Position numbers and translations under genes: made by a program. The notes below the pieces were generated by a model. That model was not told the DNA's origin. It ran no database searches and saw nothing but the letters and a program-made list of their open reading frames with translations. This document shows positions 35,817 to 43,488 of a stretch of 64,000 nucleotides of DNA, one piece after another. The first letter of the stretch is position 1. The number at the start of each line of letters is the position of its first letter. This DNA is from Patescibacteria group bacterium (GTDB lineage: Bacteria > Patescibacteriota > Patescibacteriia > Patescibacteriales > UBA12465): positions 7,601 to 71,600 of the forward strand of contig JBAZJR010000001.1 in the NCBI GenBank assembly GCA_041651195.1. Reading direction: 5' to 3'.

Positions 35817-37538
35817 TTGAAAAGGATTATAGTTTGCGGGCCACCCCATAGTGGAAAATCAGTGTTTTTAGCGAATCTGATGCGGCTGCTACCGCCAGAT
35901 TCGTTTTATTTAGCCTTCGCCGCTCCGGACGGCGAATGGCATTGGAGTAATTTCGGTGACCAGGATCTCGTATCCGTAGTTCGCCAGAAAGGAAAGTTCT
36001 CCGAGGATTTCGTTTCCTCAATGGAGAACGCCATTCGGAACAACCAGCAGCCGCTCGTGTTGGTTGACACCGGGGGAGTAATGTCCCCGGAAAACGGGCG
36101 GATATTTGATGTTTGCGAAGGGTGCATCATCCTCGCAAACAGCGAGAAAAGTAATGACGCAATTCCTGCCTGGCGTGAATTTGCCGCTAGCCATAGCGTG
36201 CAGGTTCTGGCCGAAATCGTTAGTGACCTTCATGGCACTAATGAACTCATCTCGTCGGGAGATGGGGATGGCGGGAAAATTATCGGTCGGATTGCCGGCC
36301 TTGAGCGCGGGCAGACAATTAATTCGCCCGTGCTGGAGGCGGTGGCAAACCGCCTGCGGGAAGTTATCCGGAGCAATTCGGAACTGACCGAAGGCGAGCT
36401 TCTTTGTAATGTGAACGGCGCCACTCTCGTGGACCGTATCGGCATTACCGAAAAGAATGACCCTTTCCTGGGGGTCAGGCCGATTCATCTCCAGGATGCC
36501 CTGCGTCTGACTAGTGCAGTGGCAAAATTAGAGACTGTGCGCATTTGGAATGTGCGCGCAGCTATCCTGGCCTGTGCTATGGCGAGCAGGTTCTCTGGCA
36601 ACATTGAACTATATGATGTTGCTAAGGGATATTTTCGTATCCCGGATGCGGTTCCGCAAGGCGCAGGGTGCAAGGATTGCGGTGTCGAATGGGAAGTGTT
36701 AGAGCTCCCCGAATTTACACTGGTTAGATTCCGTCCAACGCGGTTTATTACCGAGCGCGATTTGCCTAATATTTATCCTCCGGTAGTTGACACCACCAAA
36801 CCGGTCGTGATTGCTCACGACGGACCGCCGATGTGGCTTGATGCCACGGTAGTTCGTGCTTATTGGCGCTCGGGCGTGCCATACGTGGCTATGCTTTGGC
36901 CCGTGGAAAGTGCCCGCTCCCAAAAGCATCTTGGCGGGAAAAAATGGGATAAGGTATACCCGTTTGCTGGACCGGCCGTGGTAGTTGCTGGATCGGCAGA
37001 GAAAATCGGAGACATTATTCCAGTCTCCTTTGACCTCTTGAAATGGGACGCGCCGGTTGTTGGAAAATTAGCGTCTGGGCAAATAGTGATTGATCGCAAG
37101 GACAGCCATGTCCAAGGCCATTCCGAAGTCCTTCCTCTTCTTGTGGAAGCGCTTGCAAAGATCCATGCTATGGACCGTAAGAGTTTCTGTGAAGAGATAA
37201 GATTTTGTCGTACCATAGGCGAAACAATCTGCATTAATACAACTGACGCTGATGAAATTATTTATGCTCAACGCCCAAATCGCCGCGGGTTGACGCGGTT
37301 TGTCAAAAATCGTCAGCCCGAAGCAACCAGTTCAGTGGTTGCTTGCTTCATGAAAAATGATGGTATGGGAGGAGCCTATCTTCTCACAACCGCATTTATT
37401 GGGAGTCGCGCTCCTGCCGAGCCGTGGGACAAGCAGTGGGCGACCGAGGAATCGGCTACTTTCTGGAATACCCATGCTTTGATTTTTGAGAAATCAGAGA
37501 TCGTTGATGGGACTGAAACTGATAAGTGCCCATGGTAA
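35817..37538 (+). CDS. P-loop NTPase fused to a large C-terminal region with possible Csx3-like segments
   Basis: The TTG start lies 6 nt after the leader SD. Walker A is CGPPHSGKS and Walker B-like is LVLVDTGG. Segments RIWNVRAAILACAMA...ELYDVAKGYFRI and HDGPPMWLDATVV...VAMLWP...GPAVVVAGS are present. Confidence 0.7.
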   Translation: MKRIIVCGPPHSGKSVFLANLMRLLPPDSFYLAFAAPDGEWHWSNFGDQDLVSVVRQKGKFSEDFVSSMENAIRNNQQPLVLVDTGGVMSPENGRIFDVCEGCIILANSEKSNDAIPAWREFAASHSVQVLAEIVSDLHGTNELISSGDGDGGKIIGRIAGLERGQTINSPVLEAVANRLREVIRSNSELTEGELLCNVNGATLVDRIGITEKNDPFLGVRPIHLQDALRLTSAVAKLETVRIWNVRAAILACAMASRFSGNIELYDVAKGYFRIPDAVPQGAGCKDCGVEWEVLELPEFTLVRFRPTRFITERDLPNIYPPVVDTTKPVVIAHDGPPMWLDATVVRAYWRSGVPYVAMLWPVESARSQKHLGGKKWDKVYPFAGPAVVVAGSAEKIGDIIPVSFDLLKWDAPVVGKLASGQIVIDRKDSHVQGHSEVLPLLVEALAKIHAMDRKSFCEEIRFCRTIGETICINTTDADEIIYAQRPNRRGLTRFVKNRQPEATSSVVACFMKNDGMGGAYLLTTAFIGSRAPAEPWDKQWATEESATFWNTHALIFEKSEIVDGTETDKCPW

Positions 37539-37579
37539 TAATCAGTATAAACCAATAGATAAATCATAAAAACCGCGGC

Positions 37580-37604
37580 CCCGACGGTCAAATCGGGCAA
37601 GGAG
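37580..37604 (+). promoter_or_regulatory. conserved leader hairpin plus SD (copy C)
   Basis: CCCGA-CGGUCAAA-UCGGG, then cAAGGAG, with the ATG 5 nt later. It is preceded by aaaaaCCGCGGC. Confidence 0.65.
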
Positions 37605-37609
37605 AATTA

Positions 37610-38005
37610 ATGATGAAAACTACAAAATTTTTTGCAAGTTTAGGTGTTGTCCCTGGTTATGGCCACGATAACGCGACTGACGCCAGTGCGGTTGATATTG
37701 CTGGCAACGCCTGGCAAGCAGCTGCTGCAGGCGTGTTCGCTGAACAAAAAGTTTACGTCGGGGCGATAATTACGCCAGCCCGTACGGTTTACCATAAAGA
37801 CTGGGGTTGCCCAGTCGGTGGCGAATTAACGGTTTTGATTACTGGGGAACGCAACCCCCAGTATACGGCGGAAGAAAACTTCAAGACGGCCGTAGTTGAA
37901 ACTTTAAAAAGGACTGCTCAAGCGTTGAAGCAGTCTACCACGCAGGTAACTTTTCAGGAAGTCGATATGGAATATCTTGACTTTCGTGAAAAGAAGCCTG
38001 AATAA
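37610..38005 (+). CDS. hypothetical protein (131 aa)
   Basis: Good SD and spacing. No recognisable motif. Confidence 0.6.
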   Translation: MMKTTKFFASLGVVPGYGHDNATDASAVDIAGNAWQAAAAGVFAEQKVYVGAIITPARTVYHKDWGCPVGGELTVLITGERNPQYTAEENFKTAVVETLKRTAQALKQSTTQVTFQEVDMEYLDFREKKPE

Positions 38006-38064
38006 AGTTGCGGATCCTCTAGTCCACGGAGGAATTGGCTAAGCCAGTGGAAAGTTCATGAGAC

Positions 38065-38144
38065 AGAGCAATGATAGTTCAAGCATTGCTCTCCCTCCCG
38101 GGATGCGTGTCCCGGCTGATGAGTCCGAAAGGACGAAAGGGAAG
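38065..38144 (+). ncRNA. hammerhead ribozyme copy 3 (type III) with 5' P0 hairpin
   Basis: P0 AGAGCAAUG/CAUUGCUCU, a perfect 9 bp. CCCUC with cleavage after C38097. Stem I CCGGGA-UGCGUG-UCCCGG. Canonical core and GAAA-capped stem II. Confidence 0.9.
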
Positions 38145-38164
38145 AACATTAAAAACTTAATAGG

Positions 38165-38236
38165 GTTTGACTGCGAACCGAGTCTCGGTGCGCCAGTTTT
38201 TGATTTAGCTGGCCGAGATTGAGTTAGCAGTCAAAC
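38165..38236 (+). promoter_or_regulatory. structured 5' UTR of the MoxR-like gene
   Basis: Outer 10-bp helix GUUUGACUGC/GCAGUCAAAC encloses CCGAG / CUCGG / CCAG...CUGG / CCGAG segments. The central CUCGG can pair with either CCGAG. Confidence 0.5.
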
Positions 38237-38266
38237 TTAAACAAAAAACAAGAGGAGGAGTTAATC

Positions 38267-39493
38267 ATGGATGCTATAGTAAAAAAGTTGCAAAATAATG
38301 AGACGGAAATTTGCCGTCTCTTAATTGGACGGAAAGAAGAAGTCCGAGGTATTTTCTTGGCGGTTTTAGCCCGCCAGCATGCGATTCTATTCGGGCCGCA
38401 CGGTGAAGCAAAATCAATGCTTTTGGATTACTTTGTAGAAGGTATTGATGGCGCGTCGGTATTTACTAAAACCGTAGCGCAGGATACTTTACCGGATGAT
38501 CTCTTTGTAGCCGCTTACGATTTTCTCATGGAAAATCTGGAAGGCGGCAAACAACGCAACATTACGGAGCCGATTACGACCGGTATGATGCCGGAAGCGC
38601 ACTTTGCAATGTTGCGGGAATTATTCCGATGTTCCGGGCCTACTTTAAATGCTTTATTAACCGCTATCAACGAACGCTATTATGAGGTTCGCGGCCAGCG
38701 GAAGAAAATGCCTTTAATTTCTGTCTTTGGGGACACTAATAATCTCCCCGGCGAGGATTTGGAAGCTTTCTATGATCGCTTCATGCTCCGGTATGTAGTG
38801 GATCGTATTGCCGAAAAATCCGAAAGGATCCGGATGCGCCAGTTATCTCATCAGCGTCGCCAAGGCAACCCGAGCGCTAAACCTAAATTGAGCAAGGTCA
38901 CTTTAGAAGAACTTGCTTCAGTTCAGGAAACAGTGCTCGCCGTTGACATTAATGAGCGGATTGATGATCTTATTGAAACCATAATTGAAAAACTTTACAG
39001 CGAAGGAGTGATCATTTATGGCCGACGTGATGTTCGTCTTAATCCATTGCTTCAAGCCAACGCCTATTTAGAGGGTCGGGACGAAGTAACGGAAGCGGAT
39101 CTCGTCGATGTTCTCCCGCATGTGCTCTGGGATAATCCGGATCATCAAAAGTTGGTTCGCAAAGTTATCTTATCGGTCGCTAATCCGCTTGGTTTATTAG
39201 TCCAAGAACTATTGGACGAAGCCAAGGAATTACGTGATGCCGCCATCAGTCGCAAGAAAGATGACGGAAGCGATAAGAACGACGCGGAATATAATCGCGG
39301 TGGGTCAGAAGCTAACGCTAAACTTAAAAAGTTAATTTCTGGCGACGATAACGCCGGCATTAAAGGAATAACTCAACTTTTTGAGGAAGCAAAAAAATCT
39401 GGCTTCCCAACCAAAAGCATCCAGGACGCTTTAGATACAGTTAAGCGCTATCAGCGCGATGTGGCTAAAGAGGTTATGGGTTTTGACGTTTAG
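38267..39493 (+). CDS. RavA-like MoxR-family AAA+ ATPase (atypical Walker B)
   Basis: Walker A is [35 protein letters not shown] aligns with my recollection of RavA ([23 protein letters not shown]), so the Walker B Asp is Arg here. An [10 protein letters not shown] block is also present. Confidence 0.8.
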   Translation: [408 protein letters not shown]

Positions 39494-39506
39494 GAGAGGA
39501 GGGGCC

Positions 39507-41096
39507 ATGAAAAAGACTGAAAACGTCGTATATTCTGACCGCTACGATAAAAGGACTTTTGAGTCTATAAAGTCGCGGGCGGCCAGAATACAAGAATTGG
39601 AAAATAAAGGTCTGGAGAAGTTGCCAAGTTATTCGCCTTTACTTATGGATTTGTATTCAATTCTGTACAAGACAGATCCGATTTTGAAGTCTAAAGAAAA
39701 AGTAAAGGCGAGCGAACTCATCAACAGGAATATAATTGAAAAAGTTATGGATACCAAGCAGTATCCAGAACTACGAAGTTATACCTATTTGGATGAATTC
39801 GCTAGCTCCATGGCTGTCCTGTCGTTGGGCGAAGCGGTCTTAGAATTGATTCCTGAAGATGCAAAGCAGAAAATGCAAAACATTAAAAGTCAGGAAGATA
39901 ATCAGTTACAAGGTCTGCAAGATCAAGCAGAGCGGGCGCAGGAAGCAGCAGATTGGGCAAGCGATGAGGCCCAGGAAGCAGCCGATGCCGCTCGCGAAGC
40001 AAAGAAAAGTAATAGTTCGCAAGCTAGCAAATTTCAGCAACGGGCGCAACAAGCTAAAGATAGAGCGCAGCAAATGTCCGATCAAGCCGAACAAGCTCAA
40101 ATGACATTTGAAGAGGCGCAACAGAAGCTGGCCGAGCAGGCGGAAGCAATTGAGCAGGAACTGGAGGATGGAGCGGGCGAGAAAATGCGCCAAGCGATTC
40201 GTAAGGCGGCTAAGCAGTCACGCGACCAAGCGGAAGAGCAGACTGAAACTTTAGAAGCTTGGGGCACGGAGCCCGGTGAGATCCAGAAGTTATCTTATGA
40301 GGATAAGATGGCTTTAGCCGAAAGGCTGAAGAACAATAAAAAACTTCGTGAGATAGCTAAAATCGTCGGGCGTTTCCGTCGGATGGCTATTGCCAAACAA
40401 AAGGAGAAAATAAATTCTCGGACTGGCGTCGTCACTAACGTGAAACGAGGTAATGATTTGCGGAGATTAGTTCCGGCTGAACGCTCTAAATTCGCTCATC
40501 CGTCGATGCGATTAGATTTCATCCGTCGCTTTGCTTCTAAGCAATTATTTGTCTTCGAAACCGAAGAAAAACAAAGTTTGGGACAAGGTCCGGTGATAGT
40601 CGGCATTGATAATTCTGGATCAATCACTTCCGAACAGGAAATTTGGGAAAAAGGTTTAGCGCTTGGATTATATCAATGCGCTGATTATCAGAACCGCCAT
40701 TTCATATTCATTCAATATGGCGGACCCAGCGATCCTCTCAAAGTGATTGAGATTAAAAAGGGTGAAGCGAGCTATTTGAAGCTCCTAGAAGTAGCTGAAT
40801 ATTTTTTGGGCGGTGGCACTGACTTTGAAAAGCCGTTGAAGAAAGCACAAGAATATATTGAGAAAGGACTAAAAGCCGATATCGTTTTTATTACGGATGG
40901 CGAATGCGCGGTTTCCAGCGAATTCTTAATAGAATTCAATGAAGCGCGCAAGAAAATCCCTTTTAACGTATTCTCCGTTCTGCTTAATATCGGCGGTCGG
41001 ACCAGTTCGGCCAGCCTGGAAAAGTTTAGTGACGAATTATTCAATGTCAGCGAGCTCACGGTTGAGCAAGCTGGCGCGGTGTTTGCCCGGGTTTAA
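39507..41096 (+). CDS. VWA-domain protein (ViaA/CobT-like) with a central Gln/Ala/Glu-rich coiled-coil
   Basis: The ATG at 39507 follows GGAGAGGAGG. The MIDAS motif is VGIDNSGS, followed by GGGTDF and VFITDGE. The tracked ORF start (39459) overlaps the upstream gene. Confidence 0.8.
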   Translation: MKKTENVVYSDRYDKRTFESIKSRAARIQELENKGLEKLPSYSPLLMDLYSILYKTDPILKSKEKVKASELINRNIIEKVMDTKQYPELRSYTYLDEFASSMAVLSLGEAVLELIPEDAKQKMQNIKSQEDNQLQGLQDQAERAQEAADWASDEAQEAADAAREAKKSNSSQASKFQQRAQQAKDRAQQMSDQAEQAQMTFEEAQQKLAEQAEAIEQELEDGAGEKMRQAIRKAAKQSRDQAEEQTETLEAWGTEPGEIQKLSYEDKMALAERLKNNKKLREIAKIVGRFRRMAIAKQKEKINSRTGVVTNVKRGNDLRRLVPAERSKFAHPSMRLDFIRRFASKQLFVFETEEKQSLGQGPVIVGIDNSGSITSEQEIWEKGLALGLYQCADYQNRHFIFIQYGGPSDPLKVIEIKKGEASYLKLLEVAEYFLGGGTDFEKPLKKAQEYIEKGLKADIVFITDGECAVSSEFLIEFNEARKKIPFNVFSVLLNIGGRTSSASLEKFSDELFNVSELTVEQAGAVFARV

Positions 41097-41141
41097 TGCG
41101 GGCAACGCCGTTAATCTAATAAATATAACTAAATAATAAAT

Positions 41142-41175
41142 CCGGTCCGCGGTGAGACGCGGCAGCATTTACCGG
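41142..41175 (+). promoter_or_regulatory. nested hairpin in the 5' UTR of the 407-aa gene
   Basis: CCGG...CCGCG-GUGAGA-CGCGG...CCGG, followed by an A-tract and AAGGAGG. The inner hairpin resembles the one over the 34290 start codon. Confidence 0.45.
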
Positions 41176-41194
41176 AAAAAACAAGGAGGAAATA

Positions 41195-42418
41195 ATGCGA
41201 TATATTAGTTTTTCTGATATTAAGTCCGCCGTAGATTTATATCATGGTTTACCGGCCGCCACCTTTTTCAAAGGGTTGACCGGTTATGGGTTAGTTTCCG
41301 AAGACGGAGTGGAGAGTATTGGCAAGATCGGACCTTGGTCCGGTATTTGGAAGCCGATGTATTTCTTTATTTCTGGCGGACAGCAACAAGCTTCTAAAAT
41401 TTTAACTGCTGATGATATTAAAAAATCAGTAGAAAAATTTTTAGGAAATGAGCTGTTTGCTCTGTTGCGAGTAAAAACCGGAAAAGGAATTAGATTGAAT
41501 TCTGGGTTTCCAGAAGTAGTTGATTCCGCCAAATCTGAAACAGAAATCAGCTATGAGTTAAATCATTTCGGCGGACGGTCAATTACACCACGGCTGGAAG
41601 TCGGACTTAACTCCTTGCAGGATCCCAATATAAAATGGCAGTCGGGATTCCTGTATCAAGATAAAAATCATGTTGCCCCAAAAATAAATAAGCGATTGTT
41701 GCTTAGTCGCGTTTTGGTGCAAAGTGATTTTGCTGATCAGGCTAGTTATGAGATAGCCTGGCAGGAAGTGGAGAAAGAAATAAAAAGATTGCTTTTTATG
41801 CACTGTGAGGGCAATCTGGTGAAGGTCGCGACTAATGGTGGCGATCGCGTTAGAACGTTTTTTTCACAGGAACTGACTGGTCTGTTGCCGCACAGTCAGA
41901 TAGACAAAAAAAAGGGTTTTGATTATTCTCAACGTTCGGACGGAACGGTAGTAATTCAAAAATCCGTTCAGCCTCGGGAATATCAAGATGCCGGAACATT
42001 CGAAAAGTATATGGAAGATTTTACGAAAGAATGTTCTCGCGTTTACACCCTTTATTGCCAGCCGCTATCCGATGCTCAAAGGAAAAAACTAGGCAAGCCA
42101 GGCAATGAAGAAGGCGAACTAGTTTTTACCGCCAACGGCGATTTTGAACGCGATGAAAGACGTTCAAATGAAGATAATGAACAGCTGATTATGTGGCGTC
42201 ATCGTCGCGGTGCGCCCCATTTCCCTTATGAAGGCTGGCAGCCGGAGAAGGGAAAAGATTACTATGTAATCTGCCATAAGTGGGGGAATGGTTATCGAGT
42301 ATCTCCTGGCTCGGCTCGCTATGAGCAAAGAACAGGGGAAAAATTCATTGAAAAAATTAAAAAGGAGTTTGACGGCAGCGAGAATGTGATTGCCCAGACT
42401 CCAATCGTTAGTTCTTAA
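41195..42418 (+). CDS. hypothetical protein (407 aa), third gene of the MoxR-VWA block
   Basis: Strong SD (AAGGAGG). No motif recognised. Confidence 0.65.
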   Translation: MRYISFSDIKSAVDLYHGLPAATFFKGLTGYGLVSEDGVESIGKIGPWSGIWKPMYFFISGGQQQASKILTADDIKKSVEKFLGNELFALLRVKTGKGIRLNSGFPEVVDSAKSETEISYELNHFGGRSITPRLEVGLNSLQDPNIKWQSGFLYQDKNHVAPKINKRLLLSRVLVQSDFADQASYEIAWQEVEKEIKRLLFMHCEGNLVKVATNGGDRVRTFFSQELTGLLPHSQIDKKKGFDYSQRSDGTVVIQKSVQPREYQDAGTFEKYMEDFTKECSRVYTLYCQPLSDAQRKKLGKPGNEEGELVFTANGDFERDERRSNEDNEQLIMWRHRRGAPHFPYEGWQPEKGKDYYVICHKWGNGYRVSPGSARYEQRTGEKFIEKIKKEFDGSENVIAQTPIVSS

Positions 42419-42430
42419 AAAAGTTCAAAA

Positions 42431-42506
42431 AAGTGAATAGCATAGTTCCTTTAGGTCTATTCACTTCTTTTCTGAAATCAGCAAGTGATTGGTGATTTCA
42501 GAGAAG
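42431..42506 (+). terminator. two tandem hairpins downstream of the 407-aa gene (weak terminator or processing site)
   Basis: AAGUGAAUAG/CUAUUCACUU (10 bp, loop contains UAGUUCC) is followed by CUUUUCU. Then CUUUUCUGAAAUCA/UGAUUUCAGAGAAG (14 bp with one G:U). Confidence 0.4.
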
Positions 42507-42610
42507 AAAATAAAGGCGGAGGAGAATATTTTATAATTTCTCTCCTATAATTCTGTTCTTTTCCGCTTTTTCTTCTAGTTCATTAAAAGTTGAATAAGGC
42601 CAAGATTTTT

Positions 42611-42657
42611 TAGCTACTATTTCTGGGGTTCGGATAAAACTCTAGAAATAGTAGCTA
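42611..42657 (+). other. perfect 14-bp hairpin with a GUUC-containing loop (ribozyme-less P0-like element)
   Basis: UAGCUACUAUUUCU, a 19-nt loop GGGGUUCGGAUAAAACUCU, then AGAAAUAGUAGCUA. It lies 30 nt upstream of leader copy D. Confidence 0.6.
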
Positions 42658-42687
42658 AACAAATTAAACCAATAAAAAAATCGCGGC

Positions 42688-42710
42688 CCCGACGTATTCG
42701 GGCAAGGGGA
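42688..42710 (+). promoter_or_regulatory. conserved leader hairpin plus SD (copy D)
   Basis: CCCGA-CGUAU-UCGGG, then cAAGGGGA, with the ATG 4 nt later. It is preceded by aaaaaaaUCGCGGC. Confidence 0.7.
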
Positions 42711-42714
42711 AATA

Positions 42715-43095
42715 ATGAAAAAAATAGTAATTTTTTCTTTACTGTTATTGCTGTTGCCGGCCTGCCGGGATAGCCAAGTTGACTTAGAAAAATCTGGCAT
42801 CAAAATTGGCGGAATAGTAAAGTCGGAATACGGAAATATAGCTATAACCGACATTAGTAGTCGCGCGGAAACGGCAGATTTTTCCGTATTTCGATTGACA
42901 GGGATTCTGTATGTTGACTCCATCGTGGCTTATACATCGTGGAGCTCAAGATACTTCAATGGCCCCGCCTGGCATGTCCTAAACAATGGACGCAGCTACT
43001 TTATCAGGGGTGACAACGGGAATTATTCATATTACGATATGGATCTCGATTATGCGAGATTTTATACAATAATTTCTGAGGTTCGCCAGAACTAA
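42715..43095 (+). CDS. putative lipoprotein (126 aa)
   Basis: Signal peptide with a lipobox: MKKIVIFSLLLLLLPAC. Confidence 0.65.
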   Translation: MKKIVIFSLLLLLLPACRDSQVDLEKSGIKIGGIVKSEYGNIAITDISSRAETADFSVFRLTGILYVDSIVAYTSWSSRYFNGPAWHVLNNGRSYFIRGDNGNYSYYDMDLDYARFYTIISEVRQN

Positions 43096-43120
43096 AAAGG
43101 GAAGCGTTAAGTTTTTAGCA

Positions 43121-43200
43121 AGGGTGGCACTCGTTCTATTGCCGCCCTACCCTCCCGGGATGCGTGTCCCGGCTGATGAGTCCGAAAGGACGAAAGGGTA
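43121..43200 (+). ncRNA. hammerhead ribozyme copy 4 (type III) with 5' P0 hairpin
   Basis: P0 AGGGUGGCA/UGCCGCCCU. ACCCUC with cleavage after C43154. Stem I CCGGGA-UGCGUG-UCCCGG. Canonical core. The outermost stem III pair is flipped to A:U (ACCCU/AGGGU), where the other copies have U:A. Confidence 0.9.
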
Positions 43201-43245
43201 ATCTACTAAAAATTATATCAACGCAATAAAAAAAATAAAACCGTG

Positions 43246-43268
43246 CTCGACGGTTATCGAGTAAGGAG
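43246..43268 (+). promoter_or_regulatory. conserved leader hairpin plus SD (copy E)
   Basis: CUCGA-CGGUUA-UCGAG, a compensatory C:G to U:A change, then uAAGGAG, with the ATG 5 nt later. It is preceded by aaaaaauaaaaCCGUGC. Confidence 0.65.
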
Positions 43269-43273
43269 AGATT

Positions 43274-43480
43274 ATGGATATCCAAGAATTTAAATATTTG
43301 TTATCCACTGAGCTTAATAGTGCTGGAATAAAGAACGTCCTCATTAAAGAGGACGGGATAACAATAATTAGGGGCGTTGTTAATGTCCCTAACGAAGAGA
43401 TACAAAACTTTATCGATCGTTATGGGGATAATCCCCTGCCGATTGAGAAGTTATTTGTTTGTGTAAGAGTGCTTCAATAG
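43274..43480 (+). CDS. small protein (68 aa), unknown function
   Basis: Good SD and spacing. It lies entirely between ribozyme copies 4 and 5. Confidence 0.55.
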   Translation: MDIQEFKYLLSTELNSAGIKNVLIKEDGITIIRGVVNVPNEEIQNFIDRYGDNPLPIEKLFVCVRVLQ

Positions 43481-43488
43481 TGTTCAAG

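Noticed and set aside
37249-37255. Additional CTGATGA occurrence inside the 573-aa CDS
   Set aside because: There is no flanking stem I or II and no GAAA junction. It is a chance heptamer within coding sequence.
42642-42923. 93-aa minus-strand ORF overlapping the lipoprotein gene and leader copy D
   Set aside because: It is antisense to a gene with a clear SD, signal peptide and lipobox, and it has no SD of its own. It is a shadow ORF.
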